Source of the DNA: Chiloscyllium plagiosum
Taxonomy: Eukaryota
Reading direction: 5' to 3'
Length of the DNA stretch: 64,000 nt
Assembly: GCF_004010195.1 (NCBI RefSeq)
Contig: NC_057719.1
Location: 18,683,159 to 18,747,158, forward strand
Shown here piece after piece: positions 25,482 to 38,294 of the stretch; the stretch's first letter is position 1; every line of letters begins with the position of its first letter. The position numbers were made by a program, and so were the translations under genes. The notes below the pieces were generated by a model. It ran no database searches. It saw only the letters and a list, made by a program, of their open reading frames with translations, and had not been told where the DNA came from.

Positions 25482-26429
25482 AACACCACATTATCCTGAA
25501 AAGAAAAGTCTCTCACATATCCCTCATGACAGGTTTTCCCCCTATATTCCCCCTGTCCAATTATGGATGGGCTCCTGAACCTGGAAGATCAATCAGAAAT
25601 CTTCCAGCTTCCGAGAGGAACCTTGTTTGAATTAACTGAGAGGGCACTTCAACAAGAAGGTGCCTTTTTGGTCGGTCTGGAGAAAGCCAGTCTGGTAGAG
25701 CTCATCTACAAGGCAGTTTTGAGCTGAACCCCCATGCTAGAAAGCATTTGGCCCAATCTCAAACACTGGTTCTCCAGCCAAGCTCCGGGTAGTTAATGCA
25801 TCTACTGTTGCATCAAAAAAACGGGAGTTCAATCAGAAAATCCCAGTCAGCCAGCTAAATCCCTGGTTACCAAGGCTCCTAATGAGCAGAATTGCTTGCC
25901 CACTTTTGGGGATGGACAGCATTATTGTCACCAAACCCTCCTTCACTAAAATGATGGATGTGAGGATGGGGTCAACAAACTCACACAATGTCTGGCCTTG
26001 CAATTTTCATGCCCTCTCTCCCTTTCTTCCCAAATTTGGTGAGGCCCAATCCCTTGCCCTGTGTATTCAAATCTCTGCGCTACAAAAATATAGTCCCTTG
26101 TCTCAGAGGTGAGTTCAGTACCAACTGAAGCACCACTGCATGACCTTATCAACTTTGGAAGTTGGAAAAATAGACATTTTATCAAACCAAGTTCTAGGCT
26201 ACGGCCATAAGATAAACCTGTTGAGTATTGAACATGTTGTTGTACAATATGGAGAATAGATTAAGATCATAATAGGATTTACAGGTGAACGAACAACCTG
26301 AGAGTCCACAACTTGAATTTTCCTTCTGTAGCTTTCTTTATGCTTGCTAAAGTACTTGGTTTTACATAACAGGAGGGTGATGGAAGAAACCTTTGTCCAA
26401 GTATCCGGTAATTATTCCATATATTCCAT

Positions 26430-26888
26430 ACAGAGATCAAACAGGACATTCCAGAGAAACTCAGCAGGTCTGGCAGCATCTGTGGAGCAAGAAAAACAGA
26501 GTGAACGCTTCAAATCTAATTGACTTTTTTCTTCAAAATGGTTCTGAATAAAAGTAATTTCAGATTCTGTTAACTCTGTTTCTCTCACCACAGATGCTGC
26601 CAGCCCTGCTGAGTTTCTCCAGAATTTCCTGCTTGATTTCTGCTTGAATATATTGCCTAGAAGTGTGGTAGAGGCAGGTTTGATTGAGGCATTAAAGAGG
26701 GAATTGGGAAAGTTATTTGGATAGAAATTGTATATAAAGGAACAAAGCAGTAGATTGACATGAGATAATGTTGCTCATGTGAAGACTTGATCCAGGCTTG
26801 GTTGGCCAAATGGCTTCCTCTGCGATGTAACAATTCTGTGATTCTGTGATTTAAGATTGGCAGCATCTGCAGTATTTCGCTTTTGTTC
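26430..26888. mobile_element. PLE family D hairpin with a CR1-like tail (26660-26850) inserted near its end
   Basis: GAGAAACTCAGCAGGTCTGGCAGCATCTGTGG and CCACAGATGCTGCCAGCCCTGCTGAGTTTCTC arms; remainder CAGCATCTGCAGTATTTCGCTTTTG at ~26860. Confidence 0.75.
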
Positions 26889-27419
26889 AAGTCTACTCAA
26901 TTCTTACAGTACCAGCAACAGAACAAGTTTAAGAGCAAGGTCTCTTGACTTTTCCAACCCAAAATCAGCACCTGTCTCTAAGTGGAGACTAGGATGGACA
27001 GTTGAATGAGACATTGTAGCAGTCAAAAAGATATTTGATTTTTACTAGTTGAAAAGGGTCTTGACCAAGGTGAGTAAGACTTCCGAGGATGTTAAGTATT
27101 ACACTGGTTTTATAGATGGGTTGAAGATTGACAGAAAACAAGATTTTCTTGAACGAAAAGAATGGTAAACCCACCTCCATGACAGTGGATGGGTCAGATC
27201 ATGCAGCTGACATGATCCTGAGTGATAGCTATAAAAACAGGAACATCCCCTTGCTGAAATAACACTGACCATGTATACTGTGGCAGAATCAATGCAAGAA
27301 ACCATTGGCAGGCATGACCTCATTGTAATGGCCATGATCACAGCCAATGGAAATTCAGCTTCTGTATCTCTCACTTTTGCATTGGTGTGTCAGTTATTTA
27401 CAGGTCATCAACTTCTCAA

Positions 27420-27508
27420 TTTCCTGATGAAGGGCTTTTGCCCGGAACATTGATTCTCCTGCTCCTTGGATGCTGCCTGACCTGCTGTGCTTCTCCAGCA
27501 CCACACTC
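27420..27508 (+). mobile_element. PLE family A single arm with 12-bp TSD
   Basis: Starts TTCCTGATGAAGGGCTTTTGCCCGGAAC; TSD TCAACTTCTCAA at 27408-27419 and 27509-27520. Confidence 0.85.
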
Positions 27509-27777
27509 TCAACTTCTCAAGATGTTTGTCCACATAAGGGCAGCTGTCACTTATAATAGAGTTCAAAGACATCTCTCAATCATGTCTATCTAAGTCTGAG
27601 AGAATGATCAAACTGAGAGAATTGAACAGCACAAATTGAACCAGGAATACTCGCGAAAAGCTTGACAAGAATAACAAATCTGGAACTATTTTTATGACTT
27701 CCACATTGTATTATCTATTAGTTGACTACGCCCAACATTGGATCAGAAAAATTGACAGTAAGCCAAGACCCAGTCTT

Positions 27778-28143
27778 GGTGGCACAATGGCTCAACGGTT
27801 CGCACTGCTGCCTCACAGCACCAGGGACTTGGGTTTGATTCCATCCTTGAGTGACTGTCTGTGTGGAGTTTGCACATTCTCCCCATGTCTGCGTGGGTTT
27901 TTTTTCCGGATGCTCCAGTTCCCTCCCACAAACCATAGATTTGCAGGTTAAGTGGATAAGCCATGTCAAATTGCCCATAATTTTCAGTGGTCTACAGGCT
28001 AGGTGAATTAACCACGGGACATGCAAGGTTTCAGGGATAGCTTAGGAGGAAGTGTCTGGGTGAGATGCTCTTCAGACAGTCAGTGTGGACTTGGTAGGCC
28101 GAATGGCCTGTTTCCACACTGTACAGATTCAATGATTCTATGA
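27778..28143 (+). mobile_element. HE1-type SINE, full length
   Basis: GGTGGCACAATGGCTCAACGGTT...GGCCTGTTTCCACACTGTA...GATTCTATGAT. Confidence 0.93.
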
Positions 28144-28371
28144 TGAGACTCAGACTTGGAGATTTCTGATGTTCAGAAAGATATGAGTGAAAGAAGGAAA
28201 AGGAGACAATTTTTATAACCATTTCTTGTGCCTTTAAGTAAACCTTTGTCATATTCTATTTTTCTGATGAGTAAGACTCCTTTAAATTACTGCAAATCTT
28301 GGTGTATTAAATGATCCAGTGTATAAGCAGATTTCAGAAGGGTCTTGTGGCACAGTGCAAATGTCCCTAAA

Positions 28372-28652
28372 TCATAAGGGACATGAATATGATAAATAGA
28401 CAAAGTCTTTTCCCTGGGTTGGGGGAGTTTGGAACTAGAGGGCATAGGTTTAGGGTGAGAGGGGAAAGATATAAAAAAGATCTAAGGGGCAACGTTTTCA
28501 TGTAGAGGGTGGTACATGTATGGAATGAGCTGCCAGAGGATGTGGTGGAGGCTATACAATTGCAACATTTAAAAGGTATCTGAATGGATATATGAATAGG
28601 AAGGGTTTAGAGGGATATGGGCTGGGTGCTGGTAAGTAGGACTAGATTAGGT
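28372..28652 (+). mobile_element. CR1 LINE 3' fragment
   Basis: AGAGGGCATAGGTTTAGGGTGAGAGGGGAAAGATATAAA...GTATGGAATGAGCTGCCAGAGG. Confidence 0.9.
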
Positions 28653-28749
28653 GTTCTAACGCAGGAGATGCACAAAGTTGGTTTGCAGATAGAACAAATC
28701 CGCAGAAACAATATTCTGGACATTGTCAGGTGTTTGGTGTAATCTGCTT

Positions 28750-29200
28750 GCCTGGTTAAGTGTGGCTCCAACAACACTCAAGAAACTTGATACCATTCAG
28801 GACAACGCAGTTGCTTGATTGTAAATGTGGTGTCATTTGGTCTCTCTATTACTGATGCTCAGTAGCATAAGTGTGTGCCATCTATAAGATGCATTGCAGA
28901 ATTTCATTAGGGCTTCTTTTAGAAAGTACCTTGGAAAACCTTAACCACTACCCACTAGAAGGACAAGGGCAGCAACATGCAGGAACACCACCATTAATTT
29001 CCCCACCAAACTACACCAAATCCTGGTCTGGAAATATATCATCATTCCTTCAGTTTCACTGGGTCAAAATCCAGAAATCCTTCCCTAATAGTATTGTCAG
29101 TGTACCTAAACAAGTACATTGTGACAGTTCAATATGGCAGCTCATTACCACCTTCTCGAGGCAATTCGGCATCTGAAATAAATACTGGCCCATGAGTGAA
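28750..29200 (+). mobile_element. LINE 3' fragment (CR1/L2-group, family unassigned)
   Basis: APTTLKKLDTIQD-like reading at ~28765; 3' end shared with 9070 and with the second SINE family tail. Confidence 0.65.
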
Positions 29201-29239
29201 TAGCAAGTGATCAAGAATGTTGATTGGTTGCTATCCTTT

Positions 29240-29720
29240 CACTGAAAATAAAAATGAGGATGCTATGCTTCAGTTATATAAGGCATTGGTGAGACCCCCA
29301 TCTTGAATACAATATAAAGATTTGGCTTCTGTAGGGGAGGATGTAAATCCATTGGAGGCAATTCAGAGGAGGATATTAGATTTGATAATGGTCTAAATTG
29401 GCTGTCTTATAAGTATACATTTGATAGACCTGGCTTGTTTGCACTGCAGTTTAGATGTGTGATTGGTGACTTGATTGAAATGTACAAGATGTATGAGTGA
29501 TCTTGACAAGGTGAATGTGAACAGGCCATTTTCATTTGTGGGTCAGTCCAAATGGAGGGGGCATTATATTAAAATGGAAAACTTGGAAGGGTTTGGAGGT
29601 ATATGGGCTGGGTGCTGGCACGTGGGACTAGATTGGGTTGGGATATCTGGTCGGCATGGACAAGTTGGACCGTAGGTTCTGTTTTCTGTGCTGTACATCT
29701 CTATGACTATGACTCTATGT
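29240..29720 (+). mobile_element. CR1 LINE 3' region (old ORF2 remnant joined to a younger 3' end)
   Basis: MLQLYKALVRP-like reading at ~29265; (CTATGA)n tail. Confidence 0.8.
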
Positions 29721-31051
29721 CAAACCCTACCTCCACTTCTACCTTTTCAGCCATGATACGCAATACTATACGAAACCTCAATTTTTCATTGTACCACAAT
29801 TGAATGTTTTCCCTGCACCACCAGCTGCAAAAGTTCAAGCAGGTGATACAGTCTGTGCACCAAAGGTGTTTACACATCATATCCTGTCTTTGTGTTGGAT
29901 GCTAATGGATTTCAAAATAGTGGCCACCTGCACCCATGTTTGTGCTTCACTTTTAAACCGAGTCTATAAGTTGACCCCTATTTATGAAGAGAGTTTTTTG
30001 AGATTATAATGGTCAATTCATACTTACCGTCCACAGCACCTCTTTTAAGAACAGCTGTTCCCCAACTGATGTTAGTTGATTTACTTAAAAGGTACATTTT
30101 CTTGATTTGTGTAATTTCTTGGACTTAGTGATTTCTTTAATACTGTATGTTCAAACAGCGAATATTTATGAGCTGGGCAAATGCAAGCAAGATATGGGCA
30201 AGCAATGTATTACAGAGTCTCTGTACAGTCAGCAGACTGCACAATAGGTCTCTTCCCAAGAAGAACTAAATGAACCTCTAGGGTTTAAACTTCCAAAAGC
30301 CATTTCTTGTTCAGCCCTACACAACATCTGCTGACTTTTGTCATGTTAAAGAATATGTTAATGACTTTTTATCTTACACATTCTTAACTGACAGTAATAC
30401 CCAAAAGCCATCTCTTCATGGTGATATCTTGTCATAAAAGCTGAAAGAATAATATTTCAGTTACTTATTAATTTCTGTAGTTGCCATTCACCATTTTCTT
30501 TCTAATGCAAATGATTGAAAGCTACATTTTCTGGATGGTTAACCCTTCAGAGCCAATTAATTATTTATGATAATTAAAATATTTTCTTTGTAAAGTGTTT
30601 AAGGTTCGCAAATAACCTGGTAATGGTCACATGATTGATTTACAAGCACTCAGTTATGTCACTGAGCTTGTTATACATAACTCGCTGATAACCTTTCAAC
30701 AACACAAGAATTTGTGAATAGCCTGATTGCCATCCATAATTTCCAAATGTGCCGTACAAAACTGAGGTTAGGAGTATGGAAAAAAACAGTAGGCTTTCAG
30801 AGCCAATGTATCATCTCTTTGATATTTCTCAAACATCTCTGCCTTTATTCCATTCTCTCCTTCTTTCAGAAGCTTATTAAAGCCTACCCCTTTCTGCATG
30901 TTTTTGGTTATCTGTCCTAATGCCTTCAACTGGGTGTCAAACTTTATCCTGGGAAGTTCTTCACTGTGCTTCCAATGATGCTGCTGGTGCTTCACCAATG
31001 CAAGTTACAGTTCATATACAATAATTTGTTGAACCTGCTTAACTTCCATCT

Positions 31052-31760
31052 CGATGGCTCAGTGGGTAGCACTGCTGCCTCAGAGCACCAGGGACACAGG
31101 TTCAATCCCAGCCTGGGGCAATTGTCTGTGTGGAGTTTGTACGTTCTCCCTGTGTCTGTGTGGGTTTCCTCCCACAGTCTAAAGAGGTATAGGTTAGGTG
31201 GATTGGTCATGCTAAATTGCCTATAGTGTCCAGGGATGTGCAGGTTAAGTGAACTACCCACAGGATATAAAAACTGAAAGAACTGTGGTTGCTGTAAATC
31301 AGAAACAAAAACAGAAGTTGCTGGAAAAGCACACTACGTCTGGTAGAGGACTGGAGATCAGAGTCAAAAAGTGTGGTGCTGGAAAAGCACAGCAGGTCAG
31401 GCATCCGAGGAGCAGGAGAATCGACGTTTCCAGCATTAGCCCTTCATCAGGAATGGGGCTTATGCCCAAAATGTCTATTTCCCTCATTCTTGGATGCCTG
31501 ACCTGCTGTGCTTTTCCAGCGCCACATTTTTGACACTGGCAGCATCGTGAGGAGAAATTCGAATTAATGTTTCGGGTCCAGTCACCCTTCCCTCACTATC
31601 CTGGGATGTGCAGGCTTAAGTGGACTAGTCATGGGACATAAAAACAGAAAGAACTGCAGATGTTGCAAATCAGAAACAAAAACAGAAGTTGCTGGAAAAG
31701 CTCAGCAGGTCTGGCAGGATCTGTGAAGAGAAATCAAAGTTAATGGTGACCCTTCCTTAA
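31052..31760. mobile_element. Nested stack: HE1 SINE (+), PLE family D arm (31268-31596), PLE family A hairpin (31351-31537), second family D arm (31638-31760)
   Basis: SINE head at 31052; SINE text GGGATGTGCAGG(C)TTAAGTG recurs at ~31233 and ~31603; family A arms AAAAAGTGTGGTGCTGGAAAAGCAC and GTGCTTTTCCAGCGCCACATTTTT. Confidence 0.85.
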
Positions 31761-33584
31761 TAATCTCATCTCAGTCACTAATACAAACTTGGCTGAGGCC
31801 CAGCTATTGATCCTTGCAGTACATTGGTGTTTATTGCCTACCAACACAAAAACTTCCTGTTCCTACTTTCTGCTTTCTGTCTGGAAAGCACCACCTACTT
31901 GAGGTCAACTAAAGACGGGCATTAAATACTGGCGAGCCAGGGATGCCCATGTTCCATAAGTGAATGAAAAAGCTGTCTCAATTCATGCTCAAGCATTACG
32001 CCAAATGAGTCTGAATCTTATGTAATACCTATTGAATGGCACCTTGCCAATATTTTCTTTAGGAAGATCAATAAACTGCATCCACTAATTCCCCTTATCC
32101 ATCTAAATTTTCAAAATCTCTTACAGATTTAAATAGGTTTACATGAGATATATAGCACAGGTACAGGCCATTCAGCCCAACCAGTCCATGCTAGTGTTTA
32201 TGTGCCCCTTCAGCTCCCATTTTTCCTTACCTCAAGCTATCATTGTAATTTTCTATTCTTAACAGGTGTCCCCTTAAACAATATTTCAAGCACTCATTTC
32301 AACCACTCCCTGTGATAGCAAGTTCCATATACTCACCATTCTTTAAAGTTGCTTCTGAGTTCCCTATTGCATATCATGGTGACTGTCTTATATTGATTTA
32401 TCAAACTCTATTCCTCTTTCATGTATCCGTGTTGACTCTGTTTAATCATATGATGATTTCCCAAGTGCCCTGTTACCACATCTCAAACAGAGTCTAGCAT
32501 CTTACTACTACTGATGTTAAACTAACAGGCCTATGGTTCACATTTCCTCTCTCGCCGTTTCTTGAACTAACATGCTATGATTGCTAGCTTTCACATCCTT
32601 TAGAATTGTTCGAGTTTATAAAGAGCAAGCAATTTATGGAGACAGATCACAGCTCAGGTGAAAAGGAAATCTGCATCTCTGAAGGGCTTCCAACACAAGG
32701 CATTACTTGGAACTGTTGTTATGTCGGTAAATACTGTGACTGTTTTGACTTTTGAAATCCCATTCAGAATGAATAACCAACTAATCTAGAAAGGGTCAAT
32801 TCATTTATTCAGTGCCTTGTGAAGATCTTAATTGGATTTTAGTTGCACAAGTGCTATTTTATTCCTGTTTTATACAGAATACAATTTAACATGGCAGATT
32901 TAAAGAGGTCCTCAGCATAGAATGGGTAATTAACCCTAAATAGTTTGTTGATAAGATTTCAAGTAAAGAAATGAAGGATTTATCCAGTGCACCAAATGAA
33001 TATTTTTAGTTTATTGAATCTAGTTTTTTTTAAAATCATATATCCCATTCCTTGACCAATGTAGATTTGTACAGAATCTTCCATTTGATTGATGTCCACT
33101 AGATTGGCACAAATAGTTTATACTACCTGCCTGGTATAGAATTGTACAGAGCACAGAGGCTATCAATTTGAAATCTGGTCAGTGCTCAGTTAACTGACAT
33201 TACAATCGGCTTCACCATTCACAGGCAGAAGAGGAGAAATGCTGAATATTTCAGCATTCACTACTGACAGATCCACAGGAGTAAGAGGAAGGGTGGAAAC
33301 TCGATCTGCTCCTGGGAGCAGGAATTTTAGCAGGTTAGGGGAACCTAATTGTGCGGGAAGCCAAAAAGCGGCTTCCCAATGGAATAAAACTAAATGATTA
33401 CATTCTTGGCATTTCAAGCAGGTCAAGTTTCCCGACGGCAAGTTTTATGAAGCACTTTTGCATTCATTTCTCTGTTATGCTTGCTCTTTAAAAGATAATC
33501 TCCCTCAAATTAAGAGCACATTTCAAATTAAGTTCTCTGCGAGTAGGAGATATGTGTATCAGATTCTTGACTGAATGTTTTTAC

Positions 33585-33870
33585 TTACTTATTCATCCAT
33601 TGAATAAGTTGCTGGTTAGGTCTGCATTTATCACTCATCCCTAGTTCCCTACAGGGCAATTAAGAGTCAATCACATTGCTGTGGATCTGGAGTCACATGT
33701 AGACCAGATTGGGTAAGGATGGCAGTTTCATTCTCTAAGGAACGTTAAGGGAATCAGATGGAATTTTCAGCAATAATTGATTCATCACCACCATCTTAAA
33801 TTTTTATCCACCATGTGCTGTGGCAGGATTGGAATCCAGCTCCTCAGAACATTAGCTGGGTCTCTGGATA
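33585..33870 (-). mobile_element. tRNA-derived SINE, same family as 12270 and 52213
   Basis: TTAAGAGTCAATCACATTGCTGTGGATCTGGAGTCACATGTAGACCAGA...GTAAGGATGGCAGTTTC. Confidence 0.8.
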
Positions 33871-33883
33871 TACTTCCCTCTCT

Positions 33884-34302
33884 GACTCTGGTTGTTCCCT
33901 CTGCTGCCCATCAGCCTTTGTTCAGCCCCCAAGTGCTCATCACTGCTTGGAAATACTCCAGCCTTTCGAGCCATCCCTGTCTGTTTCCCCACTCTGACTC
34001 ATCCCCAATGACAGGGCGACAGATCGTTCTGCTATAACACACATTTCGTCATCGCGAATTGGCTGTAATGTGATTGATGAAAAGGAATGCTGTTTCTAAA
34101 GCACAAACTGTTAAAATGTGTGTTGGCTATAACATGATTGCATCACAAATACCTTAAGCGCTATTTTATTGTGCAATTTTTATATAGCATGGGGTTACAT
34201 AAGAACACAACGCGTTGTAGAAGAACTATCTATTTCCAAGCAGTGATGAGCACTTGAGGGTTGAGCAAAGGCTGATGGGCAGCAGAGGGAACAACCAGAG
34301 TC
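33884..34302. repeat. 72-bp inverted repeat (33884-33955 and 34231-34302)
   Basis: GACTCTGGTTGTTCCCTCTGCTGCCCATCAGCC...CACTGCTTGGAAATA versus its reverse complement, 3 mismatches. Confidence 0.95.
34020..34231. mobile_element. MITE, Tigger/pogo-like
   Basis: Terminal inverted repeats AGATCGTTCTGCTATAACAC and GCGTTGTAGAAGAACTATCT; ~210 bp, no ORF. Confidence 0.7.
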
Positions 34303-36136
34303 GGGGGGGGATGTATGGAGTGGTAGGGTGAATGGTCTAGGGTCTTGTTTAAGTATTGGATAGTCTCATGGAGGTGAAAACAATCTGTTGAAACAGGTGA
34401 CATAGATAATGAGAGGGGATAGACTCCAACTGAGCATAATGGATGTGGGCTCAAGAAGTGATGACTACGTTGTCTAGAGGGAAGCTCTCGGGTAGAAGAA
34501 TGTTTATATTTGGTAGGTGAAGAGTGATGGAGGGGGACGTTAGTGGATAATAGAGAGAGTAGAAAATAATGGAATGAGTCTGGAATCAGCTATGAACCAT
34601 TTTTAGCATGTCTTTGTTGAAATCCAACAGTTCAAACAATACAATGCCTTGAAGTGAGAGGAAGATTGATTGGGATGGGTAGAATTTGAGATATACACAT
34701 CTAGCTGATGAAAGGAACACCCTTATGTGTCTTTCAGGCTCTTAATGATCATGAGTTAAATGCGTACGAATCATGATCCCTCTCTGAAAACAGTAGCATT
34801 TCGGCCTGACCCAAGAGTCTCAGTCAGCCAATGTTACAGCAAGATGGCGAGAAGGAGGAGAGAAGTTTCTGAGGGACAGAGAAAACAGGAAAGGAGGGAG
34901 TTGGCAGCATGACAATATCTTTTGCAGAACAGAGGAAGGTCACACTGGACCATGCAAGGAACCTCAATCAAAAAAACTGCAAGTCCAGAGTGATTGTGGG
35001 TAGAAATTGAGGATTACAGCAGAGGTTATTCTGAAAGTCAGGATTGTTGGATGCTCCAGGATTATAAAGGGTTGGACAAGGTTGATGAAGAGCAGGTTAA
35101 GGATTCACTCGGGTGCAGTCAAATGTACCACAATATCAGAAGGAGCTTAGGGTTCCCTGATAAGTGGTTGTGTATCATAAATGGGAGGGTGGAACACATC
35201 TGAAGGCAAGGCAAGGGGTTGGACTGAGTTTTGAGGGCGATGAACAGAGGTGTATAATGTTTGAGGGAGCCAGCATACTCCTGGCTTCCATTTTCAGAGT
35301 CTCTGCTCCTGTGTCATTGCACATGTCTGCAAGAACAGGGGTCATATTAGCAGTGACCCTCTAGGATAGAAATGACCACAGTGGGGTGGTGGAGGCTAAG
35401 AAATATCACTATAATGCTGATTTTAAGGCTCAGCCTTGTGTGAAAAGGCTCAAGATAGGAGGGAGAATCTCAAAGAATCCGCAGAACAGAGCATTCTGTT
35501 CAACATGTTCATAAATCACTTCGCTTAGGTATGCTCATGAGTCAATGCTACATCTAGCTATGGTGCAGCTGAGAGGAACTAGCAGAGAGTGATTTTGGGC
35601 CAGACAGATTAATGGCCTGAATGGCCACAAGGGTTTGGGTGGACAGGGTCAAACAATGTAGGATGCTTGCAACCATGGTTCAATGTGATGACAAGCTTTG
35701 GTACACAATCAAATCTTTGAATGTTGGACATAACTGAGGATACCATGGAGCTGCATACTGTCACTCACAGATGCCAACTTTGGGTGTGCCAATGTGGTTT
35801 AGGGGCAATCCTATATCAATTGAGGTGAGCACATTAATGAAATTCATCAGGACTCCACTGGAGAGATGCGTGGCAGATGACAGCCTAGAATCCACAAATA
35901 CTCTATTCAGAACAGCAAATGAATTTGCAAGATTCACAAAAGATCCGGAGAGCCAGGCTTTGTGGGATTTCCACAATGTGAGGGATATTGGACTGCACAT
36001 GTGTGGTGCTGGAGTCCACTCTCTGGGGTCAGTTAGCAGCTTTTCATAATCTGAAAGGGCTTTCATTATATAATGGTCTGTGATTACGTTCTTTAAGTTT
36101 GTGTGTTACCCATAAATACATTATAACTATCCCACA

Positions 36137-36445
36137 GGTGGTGGCATGGTGACTCAGTGGTTAACACTGCTGCCTCACAGCACCAGGGACCTGGGTTCGC
36201 TTCCAGCCTCAAACAACTGTCTGTGTGGAGTTTGAATACTCTCCCTGTGTCTGCACGAGTTTCCTCCAGGTTCACCAGTTTCCTCCCACAGGATAAGGTT
36301 GTGCAGGCTAGGTGAATTGACCATGCTAAATTGCTTATAGTGTTCAGAGATGTGTTAGTTTGGCGTAAATGTAGGGGAATAGGTTTGGGATACTGTTCGA
36401 AGGCTTGATGTGGACTTGCTGAGTTGAAGGGATACAATAATCTGT
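36137..36445 (+). mobile_element. HE1-type SINE inserted in the Harbinger transposase
   Basis: GGTGGTGGCATGGTGACTCAGTGGTTAACACTGCTGCCTCACAGCACCAGGGACCTGGGTTCG head. Confidence 0.92.
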
Positions 36446-36518
36446 CGGGATTTGAGGTACCACAACTGCTTGCCATCATCACCTGCATTGAAGACCTGGA
36501 GTGCCTCTGTAGTTGACA

Positions 36519-37582
36519 GAATGAGTGCTCAGGACTATTGGGTTCTGTTGCACCACCAACAAACTCATTCAGCAAATGGGAGACAGATTTGCAAAGGCGG
36601 GGAGATAGCAGAGCCAAAAGGCTCCTCTGGCATGGACAAAGGGTAAAACAATGCTGTGGATGGGGAGATAGTTGGTGCGGATGCCATGGCAATAAATCCA
36701 AATGGCAGATAGGACCATCACACTTACTTTGTTGCCAGATTGCAGGCCAAGTGAAGGATTGCAACATCTCTATGTTGCTATGGGTTATCATTCACTGTTG
36801 ATGGGAACCTAGGGTTCCCTTGTGGGCATGTGGACATTTGTTTCATTGCATTGCTCTTTAATTTAGGTGGCTGCATTAAATTTGACGTTTTCACCTTAGC
36901 ACTGCTGGCATTGCAATCTGAATACAGTGTTGTGGCTGTGCCAACAGGAAGGCAACATGACTTGCATAACACTATACTTTTCTATCACCTTGGATAATTG
37001 GAAGGAAAAATGTGATGCAGGAAGTTCATATCCATGCAACAATGAAAACCATGTGCACTTGTAATTTAGCAGAAATATATTCATGTCTTACTGGCAGACT
37101 GACCAAACGTAATAAGTGCATTTCAAAGAGCTCTCGTTCTGAACATATCAGCAAGAGCTGCAATGACTTGATGGCAGGAAAATATCAGAGAGCACACTCA
37201 CAGTGATGATAATCAAATGGGTTCCCAAGTACATTCCGAGCATTTAATTTTACGAATGTTGCACAAAGTTTAAGCCTGCAAGTTCCAGGGTACAAAGAGA
37301 TGCCAGCATTGTTGCTGTAATACAATAAATCCATATATACATCCACATTCTGCTGGGAAGAGGTGTGATGCCTTTGAATGCATGCAACCATTGTAGCAAA
37401 TAACAGCATAAAGGAAATGGAACAAACTTGCTTTGAGTGAAATTAAACATAAATGAGTGCTCAGGAATGAGTGCTCAGGACTATTGGGTTCTGTTGCACC
37501 ACCAACAAACTCATTCAGCAAATGGGAGACAGATTTGCAAAGGCGGGGAGATAGCAGAGCCAAAAGGCTCCTCTGGCATGGA
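36519..37582 (+). repeat. 118-bp identical direct repeat (36519-36636 and 37465-37582)
   Basis: GAATGAGTGCTCAGGACTATTGGG...GGCTCCTCTGGCATGGA occurs twice with no mismatch seen. Confidence 0.95.
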
Positions 37583-38072
37583 GCCTTGGGGAATTAGTCA
37601 TCTGTACCATCTTTGTGCCTTTAAAACTTACTCTTTCTTTCTCAGCTGAAATGGAGGCAGCCTGCTGTCTGCTACGGCTGACTGATGACCTTGGTGGCAT
37701 TCCTCTGGGGGGCAGAGAACAACAGCATGATGAGGGGGCTACTGCAGAGGTACAGGGGCAACCTCATTGATCTGACCTGCAAAAAATGATGGAATCACTG
37801 GGGAGGGGAGAATGAGTGTCAGGACACACTTGGTGTACCCAAGGATGAAGCCCCCAAAGCGACTGGCTGCTCCAAATTGGTGTACAGTAGCACATGTTCA
37901 GCAGGATGGTATATTTTGCTGGACATGACTCTCCAAGGCAGTTGCCACTCTTCCCTTGGAGACAGCCAAGTGTAGTGCATTGGAGTCATGCCAATAGACT
38001 GAACTTGGACAGAATCCTCTGCCTATCATTCGAGTCTGAGCTTGGCTCAGACATCTCTGCTAGATATTACCC

Positions 38073-38294
38073 TGCCTGTATCTGCATCTCCATCGGGTCT
38101 CACATTGCTGACTCTAAAGGCTCAGCAGGGGCCTGGCCTCCCAGAGTCCATCCAGAGTCAGAGTCTGAGTCGGAAGAGATAGGAGAGGTCTTGAACAAGT
38201 ACTTGCCTGTATCTGCATCTCCATCGGGTCTCACATTGCTGACTCTAAAGGCTCAGCAGGGGCCTGGCCTCCCAGAGTCCATCCAGAGTCAGAG
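38073..38294 (+). repeat. 91-bp identical direct repeat (38073-38163 and 38204-38294) around a 40-bp filler
   Basis: TGCCTGTATCTGCATCTCC...TCCAGAGTCAGAG occurs twice. Confidence 0.95.

Noticed and set aside
25037..25630. 197-aa ORF, and the 97-aa H2B-like ORF as a functional histone
   Set aside because: The long ORF is mostly an off-frame reading of the pseudogene; the H2B frame has a frameshifted start, a histone-fold deletion and a premature stop.
30019..30080. ATACTTACC (U1 snRNA 5' end, or a strong minus-strand donor)
   Set aside because: No further U1 similarity, and no convincing acceptor or open frame upstream of the donor.
36093..36791. 232-aa minus-strand ORF
   Set aside because: Runs antisense through a Harbinger fossil and an HE1 SINE; no domain recognised.
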